Notes: generated by a model not told the origin, from the sequence alone. A stretch of 64,000 bases of DNA from a bacterium (GCA_965203325.1 OZ241875.1:3712001-3776000), one strand, 5' to 3'; numbered from the stretch's first letter, positions 30,033-41,119 are shown. Made by a program: numbers and translations.

Positions 30033-31870
30033 CTGAACGCCATCAATGGAAGAAAGCTGTTTTGAAGCGCATCTATACAACACAAAATTGTTTGTGGAGC
30101 ACTTTTGGGCCGAAAGTGCGAGGAAACGCCGGTTTCTTCGAACTCGTTATAAGAAACATACCGTCGCCGCCCGGATAGAGAGCATAACGACGAACAGGAA
30201 ACCGATTTGCCGCTCACTTTTGGGCGAAAGTGATTGACAAGATGGCGCAAGTTTCATCTTCGAGAGAGAAACGCTATGTTCAGAGGTTCATTCAAAGGGT
30301 TGTGGAGCGGTTTTTTTGATTGGAGCCGTTGTTTCGTATACTTGAAGAAATTTAGAGAGGACTGATGGCCCCGGTTCATTATCACGAAGGGCGATTCCCT
30401 CCCGAGGCGCGTCTTGATTGGCCGACGCTGGTGCCGTTGATTGGCCCTGCGGTCGCGGCCCTCGCGCGCTACGACGGGGTGCTTGCCGCCATTCCCAACC
30501 CTGATGTCTTGCTTGCGCCCTTGACTACCCAGGAGGCGGTGCTCTCCTCGCGCATCGAGGGCACCCAGGCCACCATGAGCGAAGTGCTGGAGTTCGAGGC
30601 GGGGCAGGAGGTGGACTCATCCGAGCGACGTGGCGACATTGAAGAAATACGCAACTACCGCTCCGCTATGGGGGATGCGGAGAAGATGTTGGAAACATTG
30701 CCGCTTTCCGTAAGGGTCGTCTGCGAGGCGCATCGCGTATTGCTTTCGGGGGTGCGCGGGAGAAACAAATCCCCCGGTGAGTATCGGCGTATTCCCAACT
30801 GGATCGGGCCGCCGGGATGTTCCATCGACACCGCCACGTTCGTGCCCATCGGGGCGGAGAAACTCGACGGGGCCATGAGCGCTTGGGAGCGCTATATCCA
30901 TCAGGAGACGCCCGATCTGCTGGTGCAGGCGGCTGTCCTGCACGCCGAGTTTGAAGCCCTGCACCCGTTTCTGGACGGCAATGGCCGTCTGGGGCGGATG
31001 CTGGTGCCTCTTTTCCTTTGGCAGCGCGGTCTCATCAGCCGGCCCATGTTCTATGTCAGCGCTTATTTCGAGGCGCATCGCGATGCGTATTACGATGGGC
31101 TGCTCGCCGTCTCGCGCGACGAAGATTGGACGGGCTGGTGCACATTCTTTCTCGAAGGAGTCAGGGTGCAGGCGGAGGATAATCTGTCGAAAGCCAGGGC
31201 CATTCTCGATCTCTACGAGGATATGAAAATGCGCGTAGCGGAATTGACTCGCTCCCACTACGCCGTCCACGCCCTGGACTGGATGTTCGAGCGTCCGATT
31301 TTCAGCACCGCCTCCTTTGTGGCTTGGGCGGGGATTCCGAAACATACAGCGCGCCGCGTTCTGGGAGTACTTCGCCGGAGTGGAATCCTGAGTGTTGTTA
31401 GAGTCGGGGGAGGCCGCCGATCAACCATTCTTTCTTTTCCGGCTCTTTTGAACATTGCGGAAGGGAAAAAGCTGTTTTGAGGCGCATCTATGCAACACAA
31501 AGTTGTTTGTGGATCACTTTTGGGCTAAAAATGATCATCAAAATCGTTTGTTGCGCACTCATTAACAACAAGCGTATTGATACTACCCGAATATAGAGTG
31601 TCACGACACGAAGGGAAGAAAGCTGTTTTGAGACGCATCTATGCAACACAAACTTGTTTGTGGATCACTTTTGGGCCAAAAGTGTGAGGAAACGCCGGTT
31701 TCTTCGAACTCGTTATAAGAAACATACCGCCGCCGCCCGAATATAGAGCATAACGACGGCACAGAAACCGCTTTGTCGCTCACGTATGAACGACAAACTA
31801 TCTTGCCGCTCACTTTTGGGCGAAAGTGATTGACAAAACCCTTTGCCGTGCATTTATTAACAACAAACGC
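30033..31870. repeat. Direct repeats flanking the Fic gene, carrying five copies of palindrome CACTTTTGGGC(N)AAAGTG
   Basis: Long copies at ~30048-30240 and ~31615-31836, diverged copy at ~31464-31607; palindromes at 30100, 30215, 31515, 31666 and 31811. Confidence 0.85.
30365..31480 (+). CDS. Fic family protein (N-terminal SSxIEG region, Fic domain, probable C-terminal HTH)
   Basis: HPFLDGNGRLGR catalytic motif; EAVLSSRIEGT inhibitory-helix motif. Confidence 0.95.
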   Translation: MAPVHYHEGRFPPEARLDWPTLVPLIGPAVAALARYDGVLAAIPNPDVLLAPLTTQEAVLSSRIEGTQATMSEVLEFEAGQEVDSSERRGDIEEIRNYRSAMGDAEKMLETLPLSVRVVCEAHRVLLSGVRGRNKSPGEYRRIPNWIGPPGCSIDTATFVPIGAEKLDGAMSAWERYIHQETPDLLVQAAVLHAEFEALHPFLDGNGRLGRMLVPLFLWQRGLISRPMFYVSAYFEAHRDAYYDGLLAVSRDEDWTGWCTFFLEGVRVQAEDNLSKARAILDLYEDMKMRVAELTRSHYAVHALDWMFERPIFSTASFVAWAGIPKHTARRVLGVLRRSGILSVVRVGGGRRSTILSFPALLNIAEGKKLF

Positions 31871-31898
31871 ATCTTCGCCCCACTATGATGATGAATCG

Positions 31899-32576
31899 AT
31901 GTCGTACTCACTCGTTCGCTTGACTGATTCTCCGAAAAAGCGGGCGCCTCGTGCGCATTGGCGCCGGCGTCTTTCGCTTACTCTCGCTCTCGCTTTCCTC
32001 GTCAGCGGCTGTGTGACGCCGACGCCGAGGCGGCAGGGGAACATCTGCGAGGTGTTCGAGCAGCAGCCCGACTGGTACGACTACGCCCGCGCGTCGGAGA
32101 AGCGCTGGGGCACGCCGGTGCACGTGCAGATGGCGTTCGTGTGGAAGGAGTCGAGCTTCCAGAGCCACGCGAGGCCGCCCATGCGTTGGTTCCTGTTCAT
32201 CCCGCTCGGCCGCCCCTCCACGGCCTTGGGCTATGCGCAGCCCCTGAACCCGACCTGGGGGGACTACAAGGCGGAGCGCGGCACTTGGTTGAGCAGCCGC
32301 ACGCGCATGAAAGACGCGCTCGATTTCATCGGCTGGTACAACGCCAAGACACGGCGCGAACTGGGCATCTCCCTGAACGACGCGCACAGGCTCTACCTCG
32401 CCTATCACGAGGGAAGGGGCGGTTACCGCCGCGGCACCTGGAAGAAAAAGCCGAAGCTGCGGCGCGCCGCGCAGCGCGTGGCCCAGACCGCCCGGCGCTA
32501 CAAGGCCCAGCTCGCGCGGTGCGAGTCGAGGTTTCGGTGCGATTCCTGGTATCAGATCTGGCCCTTTTGCCGCTGA
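31899..32576 (+). CDS. Lytic transglycosylase (SLT-like) lipoprotein
   Basis: Lipobox VSGC; KESSF, GYAQ and LYLAYHEG motifs; start uncertain. Confidence 0.8.
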   Translation: MSYSLVRLTDSPKKRAPRAHWRRRLSLTLALAFLVSGCVTPTPRRQGNICEVFEQQPDWYDYARASEKRWGTPVHVQMAFVWKESSFQSHARPPMRWFLFIPLGRPSTALGYAQPLNPTWGDYKAERGTWLSSRTRMKDALDFIGWYNAKTRRELGISLNDAHRLYLAYHEGRGGYRRGTWKKKPKLRRAAQRVAQTARRYKAQLARCESRFRCDSWYQIWPFCR

Positions 32577-32586
32577 GGTGTTCTGA

Positions 32587-33267
32587 ATGTTCTCTTACCG
32601 TTTTCGTAGTTTTCCCATAATTGTCTTCGGTTTTTTGATTGCGCTTTTCGCCCTCGCACCCGGCGCTCTCCACGCGCAGGAGGTCGTGCTCGGCCGCTTC
32701 TCGGCGGGCGACCTCACAGGCTGGGAGCCCAAGAGCTTCGAGGGAGAGACCCGCTACCGCCTGACCAAAGACGGCGGTGGCGAAACCGTTCTCGAGGCGG
32801 TGAGCAACGCGGCTGCGTCCGGCCTCGTACTCAAGCGGAAGATAGACGTCACGAAAACGCCGGTCCTCATCTGGCGCTGGCGGATCGAGCGCCCCGTCAA
32901 TCCGCCGGATGAGCTCTCGAAAGAAGGGGACGACTTCGCCGTTCGCGTCTATTTCCTGGCTCCCGGCGCAGGCTGGCTCTCTTTCCCGGATTCGGTGGTC
33001 TACGTCTGGGCCAGCAAACAGCCGGAAGGCTCCGCCTGGCCGAACCCCTACACCAAGAAGGCCCACATGGTCGCCGTCGATTCGGGCGCGCGCCACGCCG
33101 GGCGGTGGCGCACCCATCGCCGGAACATGCGCGAGGATTTCAGGCGCTACTTCGGACGCGACATCACCGAGATCACCCACATCGCCATCATGACCGACAC
33201 CGACAACAGCAAGCTCTCTGCCCGCGGCTGGTACGGCGACATCCGCGTCGCCCCCGCAAAACCGTAA
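32587..33267 (+). CDS. DUF3047-like exported protein
   Basis: Signal peptide; WRWRI, GDDFAVRVY, YVWAS and IAIMTDTDN motifs. Confidence 0.8.
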   Translation: MFSYRFRSFPIIVFGFLIALFALAPGALHAQEVVLGRFSAGDLTGWEPKSFEGETRYRLTKDGGGETVLEAVSNAAASGLVLKRKIDVTKTPVLIWRWRIERPVNPPDELSKEGDDFAVRVYFLAPGAGWLSFPDSVVYVWASKQPEGSAWPNPYTKKAHMVAVDSGARHAGRWRTHRRNMREDFRRYFGRDITEITHIAIMTDTDNSKLSARGWYGDIRVAPAKP

Positions 33268-33448
33268 GGCGCTTCTCGCCGAGAGAACTTTCCCGCTTTC
33301 GGCGGAATGACGGCAGTGGTCAATTTCGGTCGAGGAGATTTTTTCCGAATCCGTCGCGACGCACCCGTAGCGTACAACTTATGTGGCGAATTTGGGTTAT
33401 TGGATGATTGATGCAGGAGCGCGTTTTCGGACGGCGTAAGGCTTCGCG

Positions 33449-34267
33449 CTACTCGCCGGATTGTTGTTTATGTTTTTCGATGGCCGCCATCGCATGCTCG
33501 CGGTCTTCGGGGTCTTCCACGCGGTGCGCGGTGTCGAGAGCAGCCTCGATTTGCCCGGCTTCGGCCTGCGCCACGGCGATGTCCCGATAGGCCCAGGAGC
33601 GGTAAAGCGCCTTGCTGATGCCGCTTGCGGAGTTGAGGGCGGCGGGGAAATCTCTCGCCTGTCCCTGGGCTGTGGCGATTTCCTGCAAGGCCCAGGAACG
33701 CCAGGCAGGGTCGCCGATTTCACGGGCGTTCTGAACGGCGGCGGTGAAATCTCCCGCCTTGGCGATGTCCATGACGCTTAGCCACGCTTTTTCGGAAAGG
33801 CTTTTTTCGTCGCGGATCTCCTCGATCGTCTCCAGAGCGGCGTTCAACGTATGGGTGGAAGTCGTAGCGCCGAAGCCACTCTTGATGGCGGAGAAGTGCT
33901 TGAGCGCCTCCATTCGATCGTCGGGGTCGTCGATGCAGCGTATCGTTTCGATGGCTTCGCTGATTTGTCCCGCCCTTGCCTGCGCGATGGCGATTTCCTG
34001 CAAGGCGGAGGCGTAAAAAAGAGCGCTGCCGATGCCTCGCGCGGTCTCGATGGCGGCGTCGATATCCCCCGCCTTCGCCTGTGATCCGGCGAGTTGACTC
34101 AGATGAATGGAGCGGTTGACGATCTCGCTGAGGAATCGGGCGTTTTCGGCCTCGGGCGTCTCCTCCCGGATTTCCGCGCTTTCGGGCAGGAAAGAGGCTG
34201 GCGCCTTTTCCTCCGCTTCGCGCGAACCCCCCAGAAATCGCATGAAACTCCGGAGTATGTTTCTCAT
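33449..34267 (-). CDS. TPR-like helical repeat protein
   Basis: Several ~37-aa repeats of ALxxIAxAQAxAGxxxxAxxxAxxI. Confidence 0.75.
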   Translation of the reverse strand: MRNILRSFMRFLGGSREAEEKAPASFLPESAEIREETPEAENARFLSEIVNRSIHLSQLAGSQAKAGDIDAAIETARGIGSALFYASALQEIAIAQARAGQISEAIETIRCIDDPDDRMEALKHFSAIKSGFGATTSTHTLNAALETIEEIRDEKSLSEKAWLSVMDIAKAGDFTAAVQNAREIGDPAWRSWALQEIATAQGQARDFPAALNSASGISKALYRSWAYRDIAVAQAEAGQIEAALDTAHRVEDPEDREHAMAAIEKHKQQSGE

Positions 34268-34509
34268 CCTGTTCCTGTCTTGTCCTGCACGGAAGAATTC
34301 GCCTTGGTTCAGGGCAATCGTCCACACAGGTTGGATATGATTGCGCCACCGCATGTAGTTATTATCTTCACTTTCAATTCATTTTGCAAAAAAAAAGTCG
34401 AATAGGCCGGAATTATGGTCTCCCGCCAAGAAATTGGCGCGCAAACGCATAATGAAACGAAAAACAGTCCCGATGCCGCGTTCGAGAGAGCGCGAAGCTC
34501 CCGCGGCTC

Positions 34510-36546
34510 TTACTCCTCGATCGCCTCGGCAACGAGCTCGGCGATGTCGGCGGCGCGGATGTTCTTATCCGGGTCGAGCGCCTTGAGCGCGTCGTCGAAC
34601 ATCTGCATGCAGAAAGGACAAGACACGGCGGCGGTTTGGGCGCCGCAGGCCTTCACGTCTTCGAGACGCTCGTGGTTGATGCGCTTTTGGGGCTCATCGT
34701 CCATCCAGGCGTAGCCGCCTCCCGCGCCGCAGCACAGCGAGCGCGAGCGGTTGCGCGCGAGTTCGGTGAAGCCGCCGTCTGATATCTGGTGCAGCACTTC
34801 GCGCGGGGCGTCGTATACGCCGTTGTGGCGGCCCAGGTAGCAGGGGTCGTGATAGGTGAGGGAGCCGAGCGATTTCTTGAGCTTGAGCTTGCCTGATTTG
34901 ATGAGTTCCGCGATGAGCTGCGTGTGGTGCACCACCTCGTAGTTTCCCCCGAAATCGGGGTATTCGTTCTTGTACGTGTTGAAGCAATGGGGGCAGGTGG
35001 TGATGATTTTCTTGACCTCGTAGCCGTTCAGCGTCTCGATGTTCTGCTTCGCGCACATCTGGAAGGTGAACTCGCCTCCGACCCGCCGGGCCGGGTCGCC
35101 CGTGCAGACCTCCTCCGCCCCCAGGATGGCGAAGTCCACGCCCGCTGCACCCAGAATCTTCACCATCGCCCTGGATACCTCGATGTTGCGGTCGATCATC
35201 GAACCCGTACACCCCACCCAGTAGAGGTATTCCGCCTTCTCGCCGCTTGCGAGGACTTTCACGTCGAGCCCCTCGTACCATTCCTCGCGGTTGTGCTGCG
35301 CGCCCACCCAGGGGTGGAGCCGCTCGTCCATGGATTTTAAGAACTGGCGCGCGTCCTCGCTCGTCTTCGATTCCATCATCACCAGATAGCGGCGCATGTC
35401 CACCATCTTGGGGATGTGCTCGATGAAGACGGGGCACTCCTGTTGGCAGGCCCCGCAGGTGCGGCAGCCCCAGAGTTCTTCCTCGAGAACGGCGGGTTCG
35501 TCCGCAGGCTCGCCGAACAGGGGCGGCCTCTCGCCCGCCTCACTGTTTTCCGCAAGCGCCGCCGGGCCCGCTTCGCTCAGGTGCGCCTTCATGTCCTGAA
35601 TCAGCTTCTTGGGGTTGAGCGGCACGCCGCTCATGTAGGCGGGGCAGACGTCCTGGCAGCGGCCGCAGTTCGTGCACGCGTCCAGATCGAGCAGGTTCTT
35701 CCAGGTGTATCCCTCGATCTTCTCTACCCCCAAAGTTTCGATGGCCTCGGGGTCGGCTTCCATCGTCGCCTCGATGTCGATGAAGCTCAGCTTGCCGCTG
35801 GGGGCCAGATTTCTGCAGAACATGTTCAACAGGCCGTACCAGATGTGGTTGAATTTGCCGAAACCCATGTAGCCGAGCAGGACGAATGCGGAAATGGCGT
35901 GGAACCACCAGTTGATGCGGTGGAGAAACCGGAGCGTCTCCACGCTCAGCCCCTGGAGGGTCAGGGCGACCGCGTAGCCGCCCGGCGACCAGGGGGCCAG
36001 GGACGGGTTGTCCCTGAGCTCGGTCGCCGCGATGCGCAGCCCCTCCACGACGAAGCCCTGCACGAAGACGAGCAGCAGCAGCCAGAGCGCAAGGTAGTCA
36101 TCGAGCACGGAGTTCATGCGCTCTGGTTTCACCACCAGGCGGCGCCACAGGGCCATCACGATGCCGACGATCCCAAGCAGCCCGAAGCCGTCGCTCAAAA
36201 GTGAGTAGCCCAGGTAGAGGTTTCCCTTGAGATAGTGGATTCCCGTCCATTCCTGAACGGCTATCATGGAGGTGGCGATGAGTTCGGCGAAAAAGCCGTA
36301 GAATATGAACAGGTGCATGAGGCCGGGGTAGGTGTCCCGCAGCATCCGGCGGTGGAGCACCAGTTCATCCACGACGCCCCACAGACGCTTTGCCGGATTA
36401 TCGGTTCTGAGCTCGCCGCCGCCCAACCTCCACAGGCGCACGCGCTGGTAGATGCCGTAGGACATCACGCCGATCGCCGCCGCGGCGAAAAGATATACCA
36501 GGGGGCCGAAGACGATGTTCCAGTAGATTTCCCGGGTGGGCGTCAT
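34510..36546 (-). CDS. Membrane-bound Fe-S oxidoreductase (FadF/HdrD-like)
   Basis: N-terminal TM region, [12 protein letters not shown] and [12 protein letters not shown] ferredoxin motifs, CCG domains ([16 protein letters not shown]). Confidence 0.92.
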   Translation of the reverse strand: MTPTREIYWNIVFGPLVYLFAAAAIGVMSYGIYQRVRLWRLGGGELRTDNPAKRLWGVVDELVLHRRMLRDTYPGLMHLFIFYGFFAELIATSMIAVQEWTGIHYLKGNLYLGYSLLSDGFGLLGIVGIVMALWRRLVVKPERMNSVLDDYLALWLLLLVFVQGFVVEGLRIAATELRDNPSLAPWSPGGYAVALTLQGLSVETLRFLHRINWWFHAISAFVLLGYMGFGKFNHIWYGLLNMFCRNLAPSGKLSFIDIEATMEADPEAIETLGVEKIEGYTWKNLLDLDACTNCGRCQDVCPAYMSGVPLNPKKLIQDMKAHLSEAGPAALAENSEAGERPPLFGEPADEPAVLEEELWGCRTCGACQQECPVFIEHIPKMVDMRRYLVMMESKTSEDARQFLKSMDERLHPWVGAQHNREEWYEGLDVKVLASGEKAEYLYWVGCTGSMIDRNIEVSRAMVKILGAAGVDFAILGAEEVCTGDPARRVGGEFTFQMCAKQNIETLNGYEVKKIITTCPHCFNTYKNEYPDFGGNYEVVHHTQLIAELIKSGKLKLKKSLGSLTYHDPCYLGRHNGVYDAPREVLHQISDGGFTELARNRSRSLCCGAGGGYAWMDDEPQKRINHERLEDVKACGAQTAAVSCPFCMQMFDDALKALDPDKNIRAADIAELVAEAIEE

Positions 36547-36717
36547 ATGAGAATCCTGTGGGGCGATCCGTTGCGTTTTCGTTCATTACTGATTTTCCGA
36601 GGTTACGAAAACTCGGCCGAAAAGTCGACACACTCCCGAGTTCATTTGAATCGTGGTCTTCTTTACTTGATAATCATTCCTGGAACCTTCAGAAGCACAT
36701 CGAGAAGGAGGCGGCGG

Positions 36718-37131
36718 ATGAACGAGAGAAAAATACGGGTGCTGGTGGGCAAGCCCGGCCTCGACGGTCACGACAGGGGCGCCAAGGTGGTCGCGCGTGC
36801 GCTCAGAGACGCCGGCATGGAAGTGATTTACACCGGCATCCGCCAGACGCCCGAGCAGATCGCTTCGACCGCCATGCAGGAGGACGTCGACTGCGTGGGC
36901 CTCTCGATACTTTCAGGTGCGCACAACCATCTTTTTCCCAAAATTCGTGAATTGCTCGATGGGCACGGCATGGACGACGTCCTGCTCTTTGGCGGCGGCA
37001 TCGTGCCGGATGATGACATTCCCTTTCTCAAGGAGAAGGGGGTGGACGAGATTTTCACCCCCGGCGCGACGATGGAGGATATCGTCGCCTATGTGCGTGA
37101 AACGGTGGCCCGACGCAGGCAGAGCGCCTGA
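36718..37131 (+). CDS. Cobalamin-binding domain protein (methylmalonyl-CoA mutase small-subunit type)
   Basis: [22 protein letters not shown] and GGIVP motifs; AAGGAGG SD. Confidence 0.95.
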   Translation: MNERKIRVLVGKPGLDGHDRGAKVVARALRDAGMEVIYTGIRQTPEQIASTAMQEDVDCVGLSILSGAHNHLFPKIRELLDGHGMDDVLLFGGGIVPDDDIPFLKEKGVDEIFTPGATMEDIVAYVRETVARRRQSA

Positions 37132-37232
37132 CGTCGCTGCTTCGTTGCGGCGCGAAGGCGCAGTTCGTATACTGCGCGCTCATTATCAGTACGAGGCGCA
37201 AGATTCGGGATGAAAATTATCGGAGCGGCGGG

Positions 37233-37700
37233 ATGAAGAACGTATGGCTGATGGCGCTGGCGATGGTCTGCTTGCTGCTCGTTTCCGCCTGTCAGCGCAA
37301 ACCCATCGAAAGGGCTGTGCGCGGCTCTCTTCCCAAGGCGGAGGAGAACGTGGTCGTCACGTCCTACTGCCAGAGTTGTCATCTGCACGCGAGTTTCCAG
37401 GCAGACCCCCACGTCGAGAAACAACAGCTTCGCTATGACGAAAAGAGCCCGCTGCGCGCCGCCACCCGGTGCCTCGCTTGCCACCTCGTTCGTCCCGAGA
37501 CGTTTTTCAAAGAAGAACTACGCAGCACCAAGTTCCCGCACGGCGCGTTGGTCGACATCGCCAAGATCCCCAAGCCGAAGGCTGCGCCCCGCCTGAAAAG
37601 AGAGAAAGGCGAGGGATCCGCGCCCAAACAGGAAGCTCCTCCCCCTGCCGTGAAAAAAGAAAAGAAGAAAAAGCGCTGGTATTTCCTCTATCTCTTCTGA
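37233..37700 (+). CDS. Diheme c-type cytochrome lipoprotein with Lys/aromatic tail
   Basis: Lipobox VSAC; CQSCH and CLACH heme motifs. Confidence 0.75.
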   Translation: MKNVWLMALAMVCLLLVSACQRKPIERAVRGSLPKAEENVVVTSYCQSCHLHASFQADPHVEKQQLRYDEKSPLRAATRCLACHLVRPETFFKEELRSTKFPHGALVDIAKIPKPKAAPRLKREKGEGSAPKQEAPPPAVKKEKKKKRWYFLYLF

Positions 37701-38497
37701 GTCGGGTCGAGTAAGTCTCTCAGCCCGTCGCCCAGGACGTTCAGGCCCATGACGGTAAGGGCGATGGCGATTCCCGGGTAAATCGTCAGGTGCGGAGCGA
37801 CGAGCAGAAAATCGCGGCCCTCGGCCAACATCGCCCCCCAGCTCGGCTCGGGCGGCTGTATGCCCAGCCCCAGGAACGACAGCCCCGATTCGGCGAGAAT
37901 CGCCCCCGCCATGCCGATGCTCGCCTCCACGATGACCGGCGAGATGATGTTCGCGAGCAGGTGGCGGGTGAGGATTCGCCCGGGCGTGGCGCCCGCGGCC
38001 AGGGCGGCGGTCACGAATTCGCGCTCGCGCAACGCCAGCACCTGCGCGCGGACGAGGCGCGCGTAGCCCACCCATCCGAACACCGAGAGCGATATCACGA
38101 TGTTCCACAGACTAGGCGCGAGCACGGACATGAGTGCGATGGCGAGCAGAATGCCGGGAAAGGCCAGGAACACGTCGGTGACGCGCATGATCGCCTCATC
38201 CCACACCCCGCCGAGATAACCCGCGATTCCTCCGATGATGACGCCCAGCAGCACGGATACCGACACGGCGGCGAAGCCCACGGTGAGCGAGGTTCTCCCG
38301 CCGTGTAAGACGCGGCTTAGGATGTCGCGGCCGAGCTTGTCGCGCCCGAAGGGATGCGCCGTCTCGGGAGCCGAAAGGCCTTGCGCCAGCTCCATCTCAT
38401 AAGGGTTTTGGGGCGAGAGGAGGGGAGCGGCCAGGGTGGCGGCCAGCAAGAGGGCGATGATGCCCCCGCCCAGATAGATGGACAGACCGCGCCTCAT
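37688..38497 (-). CDS. Peptide/nickel ABC permease (DppC-like)
   Basis: HPFGRDKLGRD, EAA loop, ESGLSFLGLG; ATGA coupling. Confidence 0.92.
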   Translation of the reverse strand: MRRGLSIYLGGGIIALLLAATLAAPLLSPQNPYEMELAQGLSAPETAHPFGRDKLGRDILSRVLHGGRTSLTVGFAAVSVSVLLGVIIGGIAGYLGGVWDEAIMRVTDVFLAFPGILLAIALMSVLAPSLWNIVISLSVFGWVGYARLVRAQVLALREREFVTAALAAGATPGRILTRHLLANIISPVIVEASIGMAGAILAESGLSFLGLGIQPPEPSWGAMLAEGRDFLLVAPHLTIYPGIAIALTVMGLNVLGDGLRDLLDPTQKR

Positions 38498-39414
38498 GTG
38501 AGCCTCACGCGCGGGTCGAGCCAGGCGTAGGCGATGTCGGCCAGAAAGTTCGCGCTCACGTAGACGGCGGCGATGAACAGCACGCAGCCCTGCACGAGGG
38601 GGTAGTCGCGAGACGCGATGGCCTGGATCACCAGGCGGCCCACGCCGGGCCAGGCGAAGACGGTCTCGGTGATGATGGCGCCCGAGAGCAGGGCGCCGAG
38701 CTGGAGGCTCAGGATGGTGATGAGCGGCAGGCACGCGTTCTTGAGCGCATGGAGCCAGAGCACCCTTTTTTCCGAAATGCCCTTCGCGCGCGCCGTGCTG
38801 ATGTAGTCTTGCGGCAGCACGTCCAGCAGGCTCGAGCGCGCCATGCGCATCAATATGGGGGAGAGCGCCGCGCCGAGCGTCACGGCGGGGAGGATGAGGC
38901 TGAATGTCCCCTCCCTGCCCGAGACCGGGAACCAGCCCAGGCCGATGGAGAAGACGATGATGAGCAGCGGCCCGAGCCAGAAGACGGGCATGCTCGCGCC
39001 CGCCACGGCGAGAAAGCCTGCACCCAGGTCGAGCGCCGTGCCCTGTCTTCGCGCCGCCGCAATTCCCAGCGGGAGCGAGATGAGCAGCGCAACGGCCATC
39101 GAGGCGAGCGTTAGCTCCGCCGAGGCATAGGTTCGCTCGAAGATGATGGCCGATACCGCTCTTTTCTGGTGGAGCGAATTCCCTAAGTCTCCGCGCAGCA
39201 GCCCGCCCATGTAATCGGCGTATTGCACGCCCAGCGGCCTGTCCAGCCCCAGCGTCTTTCGCAGTTGTTCGCGCTGGGCGGGGCGGGCGGTTTCGCCCAG
39301 CATCAGGTCCACCGGGTCGCCCGGTAGCACCTGGGTGACGATGAAGACGACCGTCGTCACCCCCCACAGGACGGGGATGAGGAGCAGAACGCGTCTTAAG
39401 AGGAATTTTCTCAT
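38494..39414 (-). CDS. Peptide/nickel ABC permease (DppB-like)
   Basis: PGDPV, TARAKG, ETVFAWPGVG and RDYPLVQG motifs. Confidence 0.93.
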   Translation of the reverse strand: MRKFLLRRVLLLIPVLWGVTTVVFIVTQVLPGDPVDLMLGETARPAQREQLRKTLGLDRPLGVQYADYMGGLLRGDLGNSLHQKRAVSAIIFERTYASAELTLASMAVALLISLPLGIAAARRQGTALDLGAGFLAVAGASMPVFWLGPLLIIVFSIGLGWFPVSGREGTFSLILPAVTLGAALSPILMRMARSSLLDVLPQDYISTARAKGISEKRVLWLHALKNACLPLITILSLQLGALLSGAIITETVFAWPGVGRLVIQAIASRDYPLVQGCVLFIAAVYVSANFLADIAYAWLDPRVRLT

Positions 39415-40991
39415 CTGTCGCCTCGCGCCGGGGAGAGAGTGGCCCTCGCGAGCGAGATGAAATCCGCATCCGGATATACCCGGTACCCCGATATGCGCTT
39501 GTCGAAGACGGCCACGTTCACGCTGTGCCAAAGATTGATGTAGGGAAGATCGCGGCCCAGGATGCGCTGTGTCTCGCCGTAGGCGCGGGCGCGAATCTGG
39601 GGGTCGGCGGACTGGTGGGCCTCTTCCAGGAGCGCGTCCACGCGCGTGTTTTTATAGCGGCCGCGGTTCAAGCCGGCCGGCGGGATGAAGCGGCTGTGAA
39701 AGATGTAGCGGTAGATGTCGGGGTCCGATATGCCGACCCACGTCAGGCTGTAGAGCTGGAAGTTCCCGTTTCTGATGTCGCCGAAAAACGTGCCCCACTC
39801 GTAGGAGCGGATTTTCATCTTGATTCCCACGCGGGCGAGTTGGTGGCCGAACACGGTGGCGATGCGGCGCCCCAGCTCGTTCTGCGAAGTTTTGTAGACG
39901 AGTGTGAAGCGCGGCTCGGGCCCCGGCCCGTCGGGGTCGGGAAAGCCCGCCGCATCGAGGAGTCTCATCGCCAACTCCGGGCGGTGCGCGTAGCGGGGAA
40001 GGCCTTTTTGATGCGCCCAGTGATCCGGCGGCAGCAGGCTGTCCGCCTCCTGTACCAGGCCCTTGTGGATGAAGCGCACGATGGGCCGTCTGTCGATGGC
40101 GTGGGCGATCGCGCGCCGCACCTCGAGTTTGGAGAGAATCGGGTCTTCCAGGTTGAAGCCGATGTAGGTGAAGTTCGTGCCCAGACGCTTTCGAATCTTG
40201 AGCCGCTTGTTCTTGATGAAGCGCGGCAAAATGTCGGGGGAAAAAGCGTTCTGGAGGAAGTCGACTCCCCCGCTTTCGAGTTCCAGGACGCGGATGGTTT
40301 CCTCCGGCAGAATCCGGAAGATGAGGTTCTCATAAGCGGGTTTGCCGGCGAAATGGCCGGGAAACGCCTTGAGTGCGATTCGTACGTCCGGCGCGAACTC
40401 CACGAACTGAAACGGGCCGGTGCCGACGGGTTTTTGGGCGAAACGGCTCCCCGCTTCGCGCGCGCTTTTGGGGAGAATGCCGACCATCAGCGATTCCGCG
40501 AACGAGGCGGAGGGTTCGGTGAGATGAAAGACGACACTGTGCGGCGTGGGCGTTTCGATGCGCGCGAGTTCCTTGAGTCCCGCCGCCTTGGGCGAGGCGA
40601 GAGAGGGGTCTCGAATGGAGTCGAAGGTGTATTTCACATCGGACGAGGTGAGGGCTTCGCCGTTATGGAACCGCACCCCGCGCCTGAGTTCGAAACGATG
40701 GACGAGGGGCGAGGGCCGCTCCCATTTCTCGGCGAGTTCCAGGACGATTCGGCCCTCGTGGTCATTCGATATCAGGCGGCTGAAGATGAAGCGCTGCACC
40801 TTGGAGGAGATGGCGTCCTGCGACAGCCTCGGGTCGAGTTGCGTGGGGTTGGTTCCGATGCCGACGACGATGGTGTCGCCTTTTGTTGCACCCTTCTCCC
40901 CGCAGGCGGATAAAGCGGCGCACGCCAGCATGAGGGCCATGAGAGCAAGCGGTTTGTTTCTCACCTGAGCATACCGGCGGGCGGGAGACAT
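39411..40991 (-). CDS. Peptide ABC substrate-binding lipoprotein (family 5)
   Basis: Lipobox LSAC; LRRGVRFHNG, PVGTGPF and VRRAIAHAIDR motifs; start uncertain. Confidence 0.92.
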   Translation of the reverse strand: MSPARRYAQVRNKPLALMALMLACAALSACGEKGATKGDTIVVGIGTNPTQLDPRLSQDAISSKVQRFIFSRLISNDHEGRIVLELAEKWERPSPLVHRFELRRGVRFHNGEALTSSDVKYTFDSIRDPSLASPKAAGLKELARIETPTPHSVVFHLTEPSASFAESLMVGILPKSAREAGSRFAQKPVGTGPFQFVEFAPDVRIALKAFPGHFAGKPAYENLIFRILPEETIRVLELESGGVDFLQNAFSPDILPRFIKNKRLKIRKRLGTNFTYIGFNLEDPILSKLEVRRAIAHAIDRRPIVRFIHKGLVQEADSLLPPDHWAHQKGLPRYAHRPELAMRLLDAAGFPDPDGPGPEPRFTLVYKTSQNELGRRIATVFGHQLARVGIKMKIRSYEWGTFFGDIRNGNFQLYSLTWVGISDPDIYRYIFHSRFIPPAGLNRGRYKNTRVDALLEEAHQSADPQIRARAYGETQRILGRDLPYINLWHSVNVAVFDKRISGYRVYPDADFISLARATLSPARGDR

Positions 40992-41119
40992 CTGGAGATT
41001 CGCACACGCCGCGCCCCATCGTCAACGCGGCGCGCCCTCGTGGTTTACAGCCCGCCCCGGGCGGATTAAGATTCGCCTCGGCGTGATTTTCCGGTTCAAC
41101 GGCTTGGAGGTTTTCCCCG

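Noticed and set aside
30100..31828. CRISPR array or integron attC sites
   Set aside because: Inter-repeat segments are homologous to each other and 100-130 bp long; no cas or intI genes; no RYYYAAC/GTTRRRY boxes recognised
33292..33314. REP-like hairpin TCCCGCTTTCGGCGGAATGACGG
   Set aside because: Single degenerate copy between convergent genes; cannot be shown to be a repeat within this window
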